Assembly: GCA_963752475.1 (NCBI GenBank) | Contig: CAVVYR010000007.1 | Location: 416,001-480,000 of the forward strand | DNA: 64,000 nt | Reading direction: 5' to 3' | Source of the DNA: an uncultured Chloroflexia bacterium | GTDB taxonomy: Bacteria > Chloroflexota > Limnocylindria > Limnocylindrales > CSP1-4 | Shown: piece by piece, positions 44,644 through 57,939 of the stretch | Position numbering within the stretch: the stretch's first letter is position 1 | How the letters are laid out: each line of letters starts with the position of its first letter | The notes under the pieces: model-generated | Seen by the model: only the letters and a program-made list of their open reading frames with translations | Databases searched by the model: none | Told to the model about the DNA's origin: nothing | Program-made: the position numbers and the translations under genes

Positions 44644-47520
44644 GTGGAACGACTCATGCTGCTCGACGCGCACAGCCTCATCTATCGAGCCTGGTTCGCG
44701 CTGTACGAGACCCCGCTGACGACGAGCAAGGGACAGCTCGTGAACGCGGCCTTCGGCTTCTGGTCCATCGTGCTGCGCGGGTTCGCCGACATGCAGCCGG
44801 ACCACGTCATCTGCTGCTTCGATGTCGGCCGCTCGTTCCGCGCCGACCGCTACGAGGGCTACAAGGCCACGCGCAAGCCCACGCCCGACGACCTGCGCGA
44901 CCAGTTCCCCATCGTGCGCGAGACGCTCGAGGCCTTCGGTATCCCGGTCTTCGCCATGGAGGGCTTCGAGGCCGACGACCTCATCGGCTCACTGTCGCGC
45001 CAGTCGGAGGACGAAGGTCTCGAGACGCTCATCGTCTCGGGCGACCTCGACATGCTCCAGCTGGTCACCGAGCAGACCAAGCTGATGACCACGCGCATGG
45101 GCGTGAACTCGACCGTCATCTACGATCCTGCTCGCATCGAGGAGCGATACGGCCTCGCGCCCGCACAGATGATCGACTTCAAGGCGCTCAAGGGCGACTC
45201 GACCGACAACATCCCCGGGCTCGCCGGGGTGGGCGACAAGACCGCGGCCAAGCTGCTCACCGGCTGGGGTTCGCTCGACGGCGTCTACGAACACATCGAC
45301 GAGGTCAAGCCCGACAAGCTGCGCCAGAAGCTCATCGACAACCACGACGACGTGAAGCTCTGGCGTGAGCTCGTGACCATCGACCGCGACGCTCCCATCG
45401 AACTGGACCTCGAGTCCGCGCGCCTGGGCGACTACGACCGGAACGAGGTCATCCGGCTCTTCCGCGAGTACGAGTTCCGCTCGCTCGTGGAGCGGCTGCC
45501 CGGCGTCGAAGGCGAGGACGCGCCGGCGCCTGGCGAGCTGCTCAAGGAGGCTGACAAGGGCGGCCCCATCCCAGCGGCACAGGTCGCCGGCCGGGCGCCC
45601 AAGGGGACGCCGTCGAAGGGAACTGGCAGCGGCCTGCAGCTGACCCTCGACTTCGGGGCCGTGGCCGGCGCTGCCGCCAAGATCGCGCAAGAGGTCGCGG
45701 GCGTGACCTCCACCGAGGGGCTCGACCCACTCGCACGCCTGACGGCGGTGCTGGCTGACCCTGCCATCGTCGAACCGCCGGCGGCGGTCGACGACCTCGA
45801 AGCCTGGCTGGCGGGCCAGTCGGAGCTCGTGGTCGGCGTCGTCTTCGATGACGCTCGGCCGCGTCGCGGCTCACCGGAGGCACTGGCTGTGGCCGGCGAG
45901 GACGGACGGATCATCGCTGCTGCCGGTGACCAGGCCCTGGAGCTGGGCGATGTGGTCTTTGCCTCCGGGCGGCCGCTCGTGGGCCACGAGATCAAGACGC
46001 TGCTGGTGTGGCAGCTGGCCCGACGCGATCCCGAGGCCACCTCCTCGCTGAGCTCGTCCGGCACATCGCTCTCGCCGGTGGCGTTCGACACGCAGATCGC
46101 GGCCTACATCCTCAACGCCGCCCTGCGCAGCCAGTCCCTGACGGACATCTGCGCCGAGCGCCTGGAGGTGACGTTGCCGGAGGCCGGCGAACTGGACCTG
46201 GCCGGCTCTGCCGCCGTGCAGGCTGCCGCCGTAGCCGCGGCACAGGAGGCGCTCGATACCGCCTTCGAGGAGCAGCCGGAGCTGCGGCGCATCCTCGACG
46301 AGCTGGAGCTGCCGCTGGTGACGGTGCTGGCGGACCTCGAGGCCACGGGCGTGGCCCTTGACCGCGGCTCACTCGATGCGCTGGCGGAGACCTTCGGCCA
46401 GACCATCGACCGATTGCAGGAGGACATCTACGCCTCGGTCGGCCACGAGTTCAACCTGGGCAGCCCCAAGCAGCTCGAACAGGTGCTGTTCTACGAGCTG
46501 GACCTGCCCAAGGGCAAGCGTACCAAGACCGGCTTCTCGACCGCGGCGACGGTGCTGGAAGGTCTGCGCGAGGCCCATCCGATGGTGCCCATGCTGCTCG
46601 ACTGGCGCGTCTACACCAAACTCAAGTCGACGTATGTCGATGCGTTGCCGACGATGATCGATGAGCGGACGTCGCGATTGCACACGACCTTCCAGCAGGC
46701 GGTGGCGTCGACCGGACGGCTCTCCTCGGCCGACCCGAACCTGCAGAACATCCCCGTGCGCAGCGAGCTCGGTCGCAAGATCCGCTCGGCCTTCGTGGCC
46801 GGTGGCGATGATCTCGTGCTGCTGGCCGCCGATTACTCGCAGATCGAATTGCGCGTCATCGCTCACGTCTCGGGCGATGAGCATCTCAAGGAGGCCTTCG
46901 AGCGGCGGGCCGACATCCACCGCGAGACTGCTGCGCGCGTGCTCCACAAGGAGCCCGCGGACGTCACCCCCGACGAGCGCTCGATGGCCAAGATGGTCAA
47001 CTTCGGGCTGGCCTACGGCATGAGCGACTACGGCCTGGCCACGCGCGCCGGCATCCCGCGCGACGAGGCTCGCTCGTTCATCGACTCGTACTTCGGGGCC
47101 TACGGCGGCATCAGCCGCTACATGGTCCACATCAAGCAGATCGCCGCCGAGCAGGGCTACGTCGAGACGCTGCTCGGGCGACGGCGCTGGATCCCGGAGC
47201 TGTCGGCCAGGAACGCGCAGCTGCGCCAGGCCGGCGAGCGCATGGCCATCAACATGCCCATCCAGGGCACCGCCGCGGACATCATGAAGATCGCGCTGAT
47301 CCGGCTGCACGAGCGCCTCTCGGCCGAGCAGGCGCCGGCGCGCATGCTGCTGTCGGTGCACGACGAGGTCCTGCTGGAGGTGCCGCGCGGCGATGTCGAG
47401 GTGCTGGCGCCGATCGTGCGCGAGGTGCTGGAGGGCGCGCTGAAGCTGGACGTTCCGCTCGATGTCGACGTCAAGGTCGGCGATGACTGGGAGTCGATGA
47501 CCCCGCTGGAGCACTCCTAG
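44644..47520 (+). CDS. polA: DNA polymerase I
   Basis: 5'-3' exonuclease (EADD, GDSTDNIPG), TGRLSS, DYSQIELR, NFGLAYG, QGTAAD, VHDE. Confidence 0.97.
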   Translation: MERLMLLDAHSLIYRAWFALYETPLTTSKGQLVNAAFGFWSIVLRGFADMQPDHVICCFDVGRSFRADRYEGYKATRKPTPDDLRDQFPIVRETLEAFGIPVFAMEGFEADDLIGSLSRQSEDEGLETLIVSGDLDMLQLVTEQTKLMTTRMGVNSTVIYDPARIEERYGLAPAQMIDFKALKGDSTDNIPGLAGVGDKTAAKLLTGWGSLDGVYEHIDEVKPDKLRQKLIDNHDDVKLWRELVTIDRDAPIELDLESARLGDYDRNEVIRLFREYEFRSLVERLPGVEGEDAPAPGELLKEADKGGPIPAAQVAGRAPKGTPSKGTGSGLQLTLDFGAVAGAAAKIAQEVAGVTSTEGLDPLARLTAVLADPAIVEPPAAVDDLEAWLAGQSELVVGVVFDDARPRRGSPEALAVAGEDGRIIAAAGDQALELGDVVFASGRPLVGHEIKTLLVWQLARRDPEATSSLSSSGTSLSPVAFDTQIAAYILNAALRSQSLTDICAERLEVTLPEAGELDLAGSAAVQAAAVAAAQEALDTAFEEQPELRRILDELELPLVTVLADLEATGVALDRGSLDALAETFGQTIDRLQEDIYASVGHEFNLGSPKQLEQVLFYELDLPKGKRTKTGFSTAATVLEGLREAHPMVPMLLDWRVYTKLKSTYVDALPTMIDERTSRLHTTFQQAVASTGRLSSADPNLQNIPVRSELGRKIRSAFVAGGDDLVLLAADYSQIELRVIAHVSGDEHLKEAFERRADIHRETAARVLHKEPADVTPDERSMAKMVNFGLAYGMSDYGLATRAGIPRDEARSFIDSYFGAYGGISRYMVHIKQIAAEQGYVETLLGRRRWIPELSARNAQLRQAGERMAINMPIQGTAADIMKIALIRLHERLSAEQAPARMLLSVHDEVLLEVPRGDVEVLAPIVREVLEGALKLDVPLDVDVKVGDDWESMTPLEHS

Positions 47521-47526
47521 CCAGCG

Positions 47527-48513
47527 ATGCCCGAGCTGCCCGAGGTCGAGACCATGGCGCGTGACCTCGCGCCCCTCGTCGAAGGCGCCACCATCGAAGG
47601 TGCCTGGTGGGACTGGGACAAGGTCGTGCGTTATCCCGACCACGAGGCCTTCGCGCGCGAGATCCGTGGCCGCCGGGTCGAGCGCGTCGACCGGCGGGCG
47701 AAGTGGTTGGTGCTCGACCTCACCGGCTCGCTGGTGCTTGCGGTGCAGGTGAAGATGACCGGTCAGCTCTTCGTGCTACCGGCAGGCACGGCTCACGACA
47801 AGCACGTCCACCTGCGCCTGACGCTCGACGGCGGACCGGTGGCCGGAGGCGGTCGTGTCGATGGTCCGCGCTGGTTGCTCTTCCGCGATGTGCGCAAGTT
47901 CGGCCGCGTGGGGCTGTACCGGCGAGCGGACGACGGCACCATCCTGGGTGAAGACGACGAGGGCGAGCTCTTCGGCGAGCATGGTCCGGAACCGCTCGAC
48001 GATGATTTCAGCGTGCGCCGGTTCCGCGATCGCCTGCGGCGCCGGCGAGGGCGGCTGAAGACGACGCTGTTGGATCAGTCCTTCATCTCCGGCGTGGGCA
48101 ACATCTATGCCGACGAGTCGCTGTGGCGATCTCGATTGCACCCCCTGCGCTCGGCCGACTCGCTCAACACCGACCAGGAGCGCCGGCTGTACGAGGCCGT
48201 GCGCGGGGTCATGGGCGAGGCCATCGAGCGGCGCGGTTCTTCGGTCGACGAGTACACCGCACCCGAGGGCGACGGCGCGATGCAGGAGCACCTCGACGTC
48301 TATCAGCGCACCGGGCTGCCGTGTCACCGATGCGGCCGGCCGATCCGTCGCTTCGAGCTCAACGCCCGTGGCACCCACTTCTGTTCCTGGTGCCAGCGAT
48401 TGCCTTCCGCCGATCGCACCGCCTCCAACCTCGCCCTCGCGCGCAGGTCACGTCGCTCGGCCCGTCGCGGCAGGAACTGGTCGGAGCTCGGTGGACCCGA
48501 GGCGGCGGAGTGA
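47527..48513 (+). CDS. mutM: Formamidopyrimidine-DNA glycosylase
   Basis: MPELPEVE, GVGNIYADE, C-terminal zinc finger. Confidence 0.96.
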   Translation: MPELPEVETMARDLAPLVEGATIEGAWWDWDKVVRYPDHEAFAREIRGRRVERVDRRAKWLVLDLTGSLVLAVQVKMTGQLFVLPAGTAHDKHVHLRLTLDGGPVAGGGRVDGPRWLLFRDVRKFGRVGLYRRADDGTILGEDDEGELFGEHGPEPLDDDFSVRRFRDRLRRRRGRLKTTLLDQSFISGVGNIYADESLWRSRLHPLRSADSLNTDQERRLYEAVRGVMGEAIERRGSSVDEYTAPEGDGAMQEHLDVYQRTGLPCHRCGRPIRRFELNARGTHFCSWCQRLPSADRTASNLALARRSRRSARRGRNWSELGGPEAAE

Positions 48514-48528
48514 AGGCACACTAGAGCG

Positions 48529-50516
<1,988 letters not shown>

Positions 50517-50520
<4 letters not shown>

Positions 50521-51203
50521 GCGAGATGAACGAGCCAGGGCAGGGGATCATGCGTGACGGGCGGCCACTGATCATCGGGCTGACCGGCCCGATCGGCTGC
50601 GGCAAGTCGACCGTAGCCGCGATGCTCCGTGAGCTCGGCGGCAGCGTCATCGATGCGGACGCGCTGAGCCGTGACGTGACCGCCCCTGGGCAGCCGGCGC
50701 TGACGGCCATCCGCGATCGGTTCGGGGACGGTGTGTTCGAAGGGTCGGGCGTGCTCGATCGCGCCGCCCTGGGGACCGTCGTCTTCAGCGACCCTGACGC
50801 ACTGCGTGACCTCGAAGCGATCGTCCATCCAGGCGTGCGGTCGCTGGTGCAAGAGCGGTTCGAACGGGCCGCACGCGAGGGCGACCCCTTCGTGGTGGTC
50901 GAGGCCATCAAGTTGGTCGAGGGTGGCCTCGCGGAGCGCTGTGACGAGGTCTGGCTCGTCGAGTGCTCGGGCGCCGTCCAGCGTCAGCGCCTCGCGGGTC
51001 GCGGCATGAGCGACGATGACGTCGAGCGCCGCCTCGCTGCGCAGGGGACCGATCTGGCCGAGCGCCTGGCAACGCACGCCACGCTCCGCCTCGATACCAG
51101 CGGGCCCATAGAGAAGACCCGCGAGCGCGTCGAGGACGCACTCGCGGGTGTGCTTGCGCCGAGGTTCGGCGGCCCCATCTGGGGGCCGGTAGAGCGCCGC
51201 TAG
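50517..51203 (+). CDS. coaE: Dephospho-CoA kinase
   Basis: IGLTGPIGCGKS, IDAD, LDRAALG, LEAIVHP. Confidence 0.93.
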
Positions 51204-52231
51204 GGAGCGGGCGTCTCCTCCAGCAGCGTGCCTTCGTCGGCCAGGCTGTCGTTCTCCTCGCCTTCGAGACCTTCGTCGGTCCCAGCATCATCGATGTCGA
51301 TCTCGATGATCTCGGGATCAGGCGACGGTGACGGCGAGGCGGTCAGGTCGAGGTATGGCTCGTTCGGGAACGGGGTGGGGAAGGCGATCGGCTGAGGGTA
51401 TTCCACGCCGTCGATCCGCTCGGGAATGGGGAAGTTGTAGCGCTCGAGTATCAGCTCGGTGGTCTCGCCGTAGTTCGAGCGGTCCACGTCGCGGGTGTCC
51501 GGAGCGGGTCGCAGGGCCAACGTGAACTGCGCGCCCTGGTTCTGGGCGTGAGCGATCTCCTCCGCCGTCTGCAGGTCGGCGCGGACGATGTATTCGCTGC
51601 TGTCCGCGGGGCGGTACAGGACCGGCATATCGAGCCACATGAGCTTGGTCGCGCTACCGCCGACGATGTAGTCGAGATCCGCGGCCGCGCCGCCGGGCTG
51701 GCCGGTCTCTGCGTCGACCGGCAGGCTCACGTTGGTGAAGGGGAACGTGGCGATGATGTCGACGCGCTGGCCGGCCGTGATCAGGCCGCCCACCGCGCGG
51801 TCGTTGGGCACGCTCATGCTGACGGCTCGCAACACCGGGGACTCGGGTGTGATGGGGTCGTCCGAGGGCAGGATATTGAGTGCGCCGGTGCCCTGCGCGC
51901 GGGCCAGCATGTTCGGCGTGATGGGCTGGTTCTCAAGGATGGGGATAGCCGCGACCTTGCTGGCGACCTCCTCACGCGTGGAGAAGGCGCTGGCGTTGGA
52001 GTCATCGAGCGGGACCTCGCGCAGTTCGATCATGTTCAGCTCGATCGTGGCACGGTCGGCGATAGGGGCAGAAGCTACGACGACCTCGCGCGTCGGCAAG
52101 ACGGTCTCTGGCTCTTCCTGGCCCTGGCTGCTGAGCATGAACGCGGCAGCACCGGCTCCGAGGGCGAGCAGTACTCCGACGACAAGAACCAGCGTTCGAC
52201 GCCGGCTGTTGTCCTTGAACTCCATCTCCAT
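51200..52231 (-). CDS. cpaB: Flp pilus assembly protein CpaB/RcpC-like (SAF domain)
   Basis: N-terminal TM, VVVASAPI, LRAVSM...AVGGLITAGQRVDII. Confidence 0.75.
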   Translation of the reverse strand: MEMEFKDNSRRRTLVLVVGVLLALGAGAAAFMLSSQGQEEPETVLPTREVVVASAPIADRATIELNMIELREVPLDDSNASAFSTREEVASKVAAIPILENQPITPNMLARAQGTGALNILPSDDPITPESPVLRAVSMSVPNDRAVGGLITAGQRVDIIATFPFTNVSLPVDAETGQPGGAAADLDYIVGGSATKLMWLDMPVLYRPADSSEYIVRADLQTAEEIAHAQNQGAQFTLALRPAPDTRDVDRSNYGETTELILERYNFPIPERIDGVEYPQPIAFPTPFPNEPYLDLTASPSPSPDPEIIEIDIDDAGTDEGLEGEENDSLADEGTLLEETPAP

Positions 52232-52452
52232 GGTGGCAGGCTCCTGTGCGCAAGTCGCGGGTCTATGGGACAGCTGGAGGACGCGCTGCGCCCTACCCGT
52301 GCAGCCGTCAGCATCCGTGCCGCCGACCGCACCTGCCATGGACCCATCGGGTAACGGTCCATAGGACTCTTTTCTGCCCTACACCCCACCAGACCGCCGT
52401 GGACGGCACAAGAATAGGACCCACAGACGGTGCCTGAGCGCCCGTCTGGTTC

Positions 52453-52464
52453 GAACACGCGTTC
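52453..52464. promoter_or_regulatory. LexA (SOS) box, GAAC-N4-GTTC
   Basis: GAACACGCGTTC upstream of the uvrB -10 (TATCAT at 52484). Confidence 0.75.
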
Positions 52465-52497
52465 TGTTCGATCGCGATTCGGGTATCATCTCGACCC

Positions 52498-54847
52498 ATG
52501 CCCGACTTCCGGATGCACGCGCCATATCAGCCGACCGGCGACCAGCCGCAGGCCATCGAGGCCCTGGCGCAGGGTATCCGCGCTGGCAAGAAGCACCAGG
52601 TCCTCCTGGGCGCGACCGGCACAGGCAAGACCGCCAGCGCATCCTGGCTCATCGAGCAGGTCAACAAGCCCACGCTGGTGCTGGCGCACAACAAGACGCT
52701 CGCGGCCCAGCTGTACAGCGAGTTCCGGGAGTTCTTCCCGGACAACGCCGTCGAGTACTTCGTCAGCTACTTCGACTACTACCAGCCGGAGGCCTACCTC
52801 CCGCGCAGCGACACGTACATCGAGAAGGACTCCAGCCGCAACGACGAGATCGACAAGCTGCGCCACGCGGCGACCCGGGCGCTGTTCGAGCGCAAGGACG
52901 TGATCATCGTGGCCTCGGTCTCGTGCATCTACGGCCTGGGCGCGCCGGTCGACTACGGCGCCACGGTCCTGCGGCTGCGGGTCGGTGGGCGCTATCGCCG
53001 TGACGGCGTGCTGCGTCAGCTGGTGGACCTGCAGTACTCGCGCAACGATCAGGCGCTCTCGAGGGCCAAGTTCCGTGTCCGTGGTGACACCCTGGAGCTG
53101 CAACCGGCCTACGACGACTTCATCGCCCGCGTCGAGTTCTTCGGCGACGAGGTCGAGCGGGTGACGGAGCTGGACCCGCTGACCGGCGAGGTGCTGGCCG
53201 AACGCAACGAGCTCAACGTCTACCCCGCGTCCCACTACGTCACGCCGCAGGAGAAGCTGGTCCTGGCCATCGATGACATCGACAAGGAGATGGAGGGGCG
53301 CACCGCGGAGCTCGAGAAGAAGGGCATGGTGCTGGAGGCGGAGCGGCTGCGCCAGCGCACGACCTTCGACCTCGAGATGATGCGCGAGCTGGGCTTCTGC
53401 TCCGGCATCGAGAACTACTCCCGGCACCTCGCCCGTCGCGAGGCCGGTTCGCGTCCGTGGACGCTGCTCGACTACTTCCCACCCGACTGGCTGCTGGTCG
53501 TGGACGAAAGCCACATGACCATCCCCCAGGTCGCCGGCATGTACAAGAACGACCGAACGCGCAAGGAGGTCCTCGTCGACTTCGGTTTCCGGCTGCCCTC
53601 GGCGCTGGACAACCGGCCGCTGACGTTCGAGGAGTGGGAAGCCCATCTCGACCAGGTCGTGCACATGAGCGCCACTCCCGGCCCGTGGGAGCTGCAGCGA
53701 TCGGAGGGCGTGGTGGAGCAGCTCATCCGCCCCACCGGCATCATCGACCCGTCGATCGAGGTCCGGCCCACGGAGGGTCAGATCGACGACCTCATCGACC
53801 GCATCAAGGAGCGCGTCGATCGCGGCGAGCGCGTGCTGGCCACCACCCTCACCAAGCGCATGGCCGAGGACCTCGCCGACTACCTCCACGAGATGGGCGT
53901 GAAGGTGTCGTACCTGCACAGCGAGGTGGACACGCTCGAGCGGGTGCAGATCCTGCGCGACCTGCGCCTCGGCGTCTATGACGTGCTCGTGGGCATCAAC
54001 CTGCTGCGCGAGGGCATCGACCTGCCGGAGGTCACGCTGGTGGCCATCCTCGATGCGGACAAGGAAGGCTTCCTGCGCAGTGCCTGGTCGCTCATCCAGG
54101 TCATCGGGCGCGCTGCCCGCAACACCAGCGGCGAGGTCGTGATGTACGCCGACCGGGTCACCGAGTCGATGCGGGTGGCCATCGACGAGACCGACCGTCG
54201 TCGTGGGATCCAGCAGGCCTACAACGAGGAACACGGCATCGAGCCGCAGACGATCGTCAAGGAGATCCGCGATATCAACGACCGGCTGGCTGCTGTGGCG
54301 CAGTCTTCGGGAGCCTCGGGCGGCGGCGAGAAGGAGCTTTCCGAGCTGAGCCAGTCACAGATCGAGAAGATGGTCTGCTCAGCTCGAGGCAGAGATGAAG
54401 AACGCGGCCAAGCAACTCGAGTTCGAGCGGGCCGCCGCGTTGCGTGACGAGATCCAGGACATCCGCCTGCGCGTGCTGGAAGAGGACGCCTCGGTGGCCG
54501 TGCTCAAGAAGGCGGAGAAGGCCGCCACCACGGAGAAGCGCTCGACGCCCACGGCCAAGCCGTCAGAGCGTGCGGCTGCGCGGAAGGCCGGCGAACGGCG
54601 AGGACGACGAGAGGCCGCAGAGGAGTCGGCGCTGGAAGTGACCGAGGTCAAGGTCCTGCCGGCTGGTGAAGAGCCCGTCGAGATCGACGAGGGCACCGCG
54701 GCGGACGTCTTCCCCGGCATCAAGGATGCGCACGAGGATGACGACGAGGGCTGGATGGCGCGCTGGCTGGAGAAGCCCACCTGGGACCGCCGGGTGACGC
54801 CCAACGTCATCAAGCGGACAGGGGCGCGACCCAGGAGGCGACGATGA
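52498..54847 (+). CDS. uvrB: Excinuclease ABC subunit B (apparent frameshift near 54374)
   Basis: [30 protein letters not shown]; UVR domain [18 protein letters not shown] continues in 54395-54847. Confidence 0.95.
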
Positions 54848-54927
54848 GCAGCACGCGGCGCCGCACGAGAAGCGGGGGCCGCGTCTCCGCGGCCCCCGTT
54901 GGGTCTCGATCGAGGTCTGAGTAGAGC

Positions 54928-55617
54928 CTAGTCCTTGGCCGTGTCTCCGTCGGCCTGCTTGGCCGCTTCGGTGATGTCCTTGGCGGTCTCCTCATCGACG
55001 TCCGCGGTGGTCACCTTGGTGGCCTCGGGGACCTGCGCCTTCACCGCCTCAACGTCGACCCTGTGGACGAGGGCGATGATGCCGGAGTGGTTGGGCTCGA
55101 GCGCGCCGTCGAGCACGTTCGAGACCTGGTGTCGATGGTGCAGGTTCCGCAGCTTGCCCAGCACGCCACCAGCGACACCCCAGCCCACGACGGAGCCGAT
55201 GATGGCGGGCGGGAAGAGGATGCCCACCGCGAGGCCGGCGGCCGCGCCCCACTTCACGCCGGTCTTGGTGCTGTGCTCGGTGAGCTTGTCGATGTTGATC
55301 TTGCCCTGGTCGTCGGCATGGGCGGTGAGCACGCCGTCGATGCGCAGGATGCCCTGGACGTCTGCCTCGAGCAGTGCGAGGTAGGCCGCGTTGGCCGCCT
55401 GGTCATCTGCGAAGTCGGCCACCAACACCGTGTTGAAGTAGTCGGTATCCATGGCCGCGACGGCCTTCACGCCGGTCTCGTCACCGACGGCTGCGACCAC
55501 GGTCGCACCGTGCGGGTCGGCCTCTCCGGCGACCACGGCGCCGACGGTCTGCTCCGAGACTTCGGACTCGGAAGCCGGCTCGTCGGCCGAGCCGGCCTGC
55601 TTCTGCTCTTCGCTCAT
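54928..55617 (-). CDS. DUF1269-like membrane protein
   Basis: GVKWGAAAGLAVGILFPP glycine-zipper helix; SGIIAL. Confidence 0.65.
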   Translation of the reverse strand: MSEEQKQAGSADEPASESEVSEQTVGAVVAGEADPHGATVVAAVGDETGVKAVAAMDTDYFNTVLVADFADDQAANAAYLALLEADVQGILRIDGVLTAHADDQGKINIDKLTEHSTKTGVKWGAAAGLAVGILFPPAIIGSVVGWGVAGGVLGKLRNLHHRHQVSNVLDGALEPNHSGIIALVHRVDVEAVKAQVPEATKVTTADVDEETAKDITEAAKQADGDTAKD

Positions 55618-55733
55618 CTGTACTCCATTCGCTATGGGGGCGGGTCGATGGCGTCGATTCTAGGTGTGTCAGCGCTTTCGCGACCGTGGCGCGTGGCGTC
55701 AAGGACGTCGATACCACCGCCTCGGACCTCGGG

Positions 55734-57479
55734 CTAGGGGCCGGTCGCGGCGTCCGGCGCCGGGTCTGTGGTCGATCGATCGCCGGCGGCCGCGCGCTCC
55801 TCTTGCATGTCGAAGACCGTCTGGATGGGATCGCGCCGGCCGATGAGGAACCAGGCCAGGACCGCTCCGAGGATGCCGACGATACCGCTCAGGATCAGCG
55901 CCGCGATCACGCCATCGAGATAGGCCACCGAGTAGGCCGCGCCCTTGATGGGTTCGGCGCCCTCCAGCGTGGCGGCGTAGACCTCGCGGAAGCGGGGCGT
56001 GCCCAGCGACTGCAGCGTGAGCTCGAACTCGGCCACGAGCGCATCCGCGTTCGCCGGCTCCCTTCGCTCAGCGATCCCTCTGGCGCTCGCCACGGCGGTG
56101 GTGGCCAGCAGGGTCGTCGCGGCCACGATGCCGATGCGAGAGCCCAGACCTACTGATGCCTCGTTGATGGCCGCGGCCGAGGCCGGCAGACCGCGAGGGG
56201 TGCTGGCGAAGACGATGGCGGTGCGGACCGTGGTCCCGAGCACGAAGCCTGCGCCGATGAGCACGAGCGGGCCGATGAAGAGCAGGTAGTGTGCAGCGTT
56301 GAGCACGGCTCGAGCCGTGGAGGGGTTGTCCTGGTAGAACTCGCGGGTGAAGCCGACGATGATGAGGAGCACGCCCGCGAGGAGGACGTTGGCGACGCCC
56401 ACGGCCAGCGTCCCCGAGGCCATGATCCCGCGTGGACCGAAGCGGCGGAGCAGGATGCCCGCGATGGGACCTGCGACAAGGAGCGCGACGGCGAAGGGTG
56501 CGATGGCGAAGATGGCGAAGAGCGTGCCGTAGTCGAGCGGGTATTCGAAGACGACCGGCAGCAGCATGAGCGGGACCGCCTGCGCGAAGCCGATGGCCAC
56601 GCCCACCGCGAGCGCCGCTCCAAGGGCCCGTCGGTCCAGGCGCAGGGCCTCGACCGCCTCAGCCGTCCGCGCTCGCCGCCAGCCGAGCGTGGCAAGGCCG
56701 AGGGCGCCGGCCACGATGAGCACGAGCGGGATGGCCAGGCCGCCTTCCCCGCCGATGGCCACGATGCCGCTGACGATGGCGAGCACGGACATCGACCAGA
56801 TGGCCACGCCGGCCACGAGCAGCGGACTCGCGGGCAGGCTGCCGGGGATGCGCGGGATGTAGCGGTAGGCGGCCCAGAGGGCCACACCCGCGGCCACGAC
56901 CGTGAGGCTGTAGGCCAGCCACGTATCGAACACGAACGTCGAGGGCACACCCGGCTGCTGGCTCGGGATCAGGCGCGGGAAGAGCGTGAGGACCGCCGGT
57001 GATGCAGCCGTTCCGGCGCCGAACGCGGCGTACACGAAGCCGAGAGCGGTCGCTCGCGGGATGCCGTCGTAGGCGATGGCTACCGAGCCGATGCCGTACG
57101 TCAGCACGAGCCCCGAGGCTGCGACGCCGATGAAGTTCGTCGCGTAGAAGATGGGTCCGCTGTCGAACACGATGGCCACCAGCGAGCTGGCCGCGATCGT
57201 CGCGAGGCCACCCACCAGCAGCCACCGCTGGCGCAGGACGTCGCTGGCGAGGCCGCCGAGGATGATGGTGGCGGTCGAGGCGAAAGCCAACAGCAGGAGC
57301 AGGTTCTGCAGTTCCGGCTGCGCCCGCAGCGCCTCCTGCGCCGTGGGCAAGCCGGGGGAGAGCACGCGTGGGACCAGCCCGACGGCGAAGAGCGCCAGCG
57401 CGCCGGCGATGAGGATCCCGCGCTGACGAGGGTCGTCGACTACCTCGCGAACGAATTCGGGCAGCTTCAGGCGGCTCAT
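55734..57479 (-). CDS. MFS transporter (DHA2-like)
   Basis: About 14 hydrophobic segments; GILLRRFGPR motif-A-like sequence. Confidence 0.8.
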   Translation of the reverse strand: MSRLKLPEFVREVVDDPRQRGILIAGALALFAVGLVPRVLSPGLPTAQEALRAQPELQNLLLLLAFASTATIILGGLASDVLRQRWLLVGGLATIAASSLVAIVFDSGPIFYATNFIGVAASGLVLTYGIGSVAIAYDGIPRATALGFVYAAFGAGTAASPAVLTLFPRLIPSQQPGVPSTFVFDTWLAYSLTVVAAGVALWAAYRYIPRIPGSLPASPLLVAGVAIWSMSVLAIVSGIVAIGGEGGLAIPLVLIVAGALGLATLGWRRARTAEAVEALRLDRRALGAALAVGVAIGFAQAVPLMLLPVVFEYPLDYGTLFAIFAIAPFAVALLVAGPIAGILLRRFGPRGIMASGTLAVGVANVLLAGVLLIIVGFTREFYQDNPSTARAVLNAAHYLLFIGPLVLIGAGFVLGTTVRTAIVFASTPRGLPASAAAINEASVGLGSRIGIVAATTLLATTAVASARGIAERREPANADALVAEFELTLQSLGTPRFREVYAATLEGAEPIKGAAYSVAYLDGVIAALILSGIVGILGAVLAWFLIGRRDPIQTVFDMQEERAAAGDRSTTDPAPDAATGP

Positions 57480-57669
57480 CCGCGCATGGTAGCGAGCGCG
57501 TGACGGTGCAGGGTGGCCGGAAGGGCCGCATCGACCGGCGGGTGGGGCCTCGGTCTAGCCTTCTTCCCCACTCCGGTCGGCGGCGGACGCTTCACCGGCA
57601 TCAGTACCTGCACCGGTAGCAGCCGCCTTCCGCCGTGCTTCGATCGTGCGTACGGCAGCATGGAACACA

Positions 57670-57840
57670 AACGGTCTCCACCGCGTGGCGCCATCGCACG
57701 GGCCACGGCCTCCTCGATACGACCGCGCGCGAGTGGATCGGTGGCATCCCCTGGTGGGCGCCACAACGACGTGGTTGGCGGATCGCCGTGCTCTTCATGG
57801 TCGGCTCGCTCTGCTTCGCGCTGGGTTCGGTCCCTGATGG
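57670..57840 (+). pseudogene. Fragment of a membrane-protein gene
   Basis: WRHRTGHGL...WWAPQRRGWRIAVLFMVGSLCFALGSVP looks protein-like but lacks a clear start or continuation. Confidence 0.35.
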
Positions 57841-57939
57841 GTCGCCGGCTGTGCGACGGAGCGCTGACGGCCGACCCGGGCCACCGCGGCCTCGGTACCG
57901 TAGGCAAGGCAACGTCCCCGCAGCACAAGGAGGCCACGC

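Noticed and set aside
54360-54447. Programmed frameshift or split uvrB
   Set aside because: No slippery sequence visible, and similar indels occur elsewhere, so error is more likely
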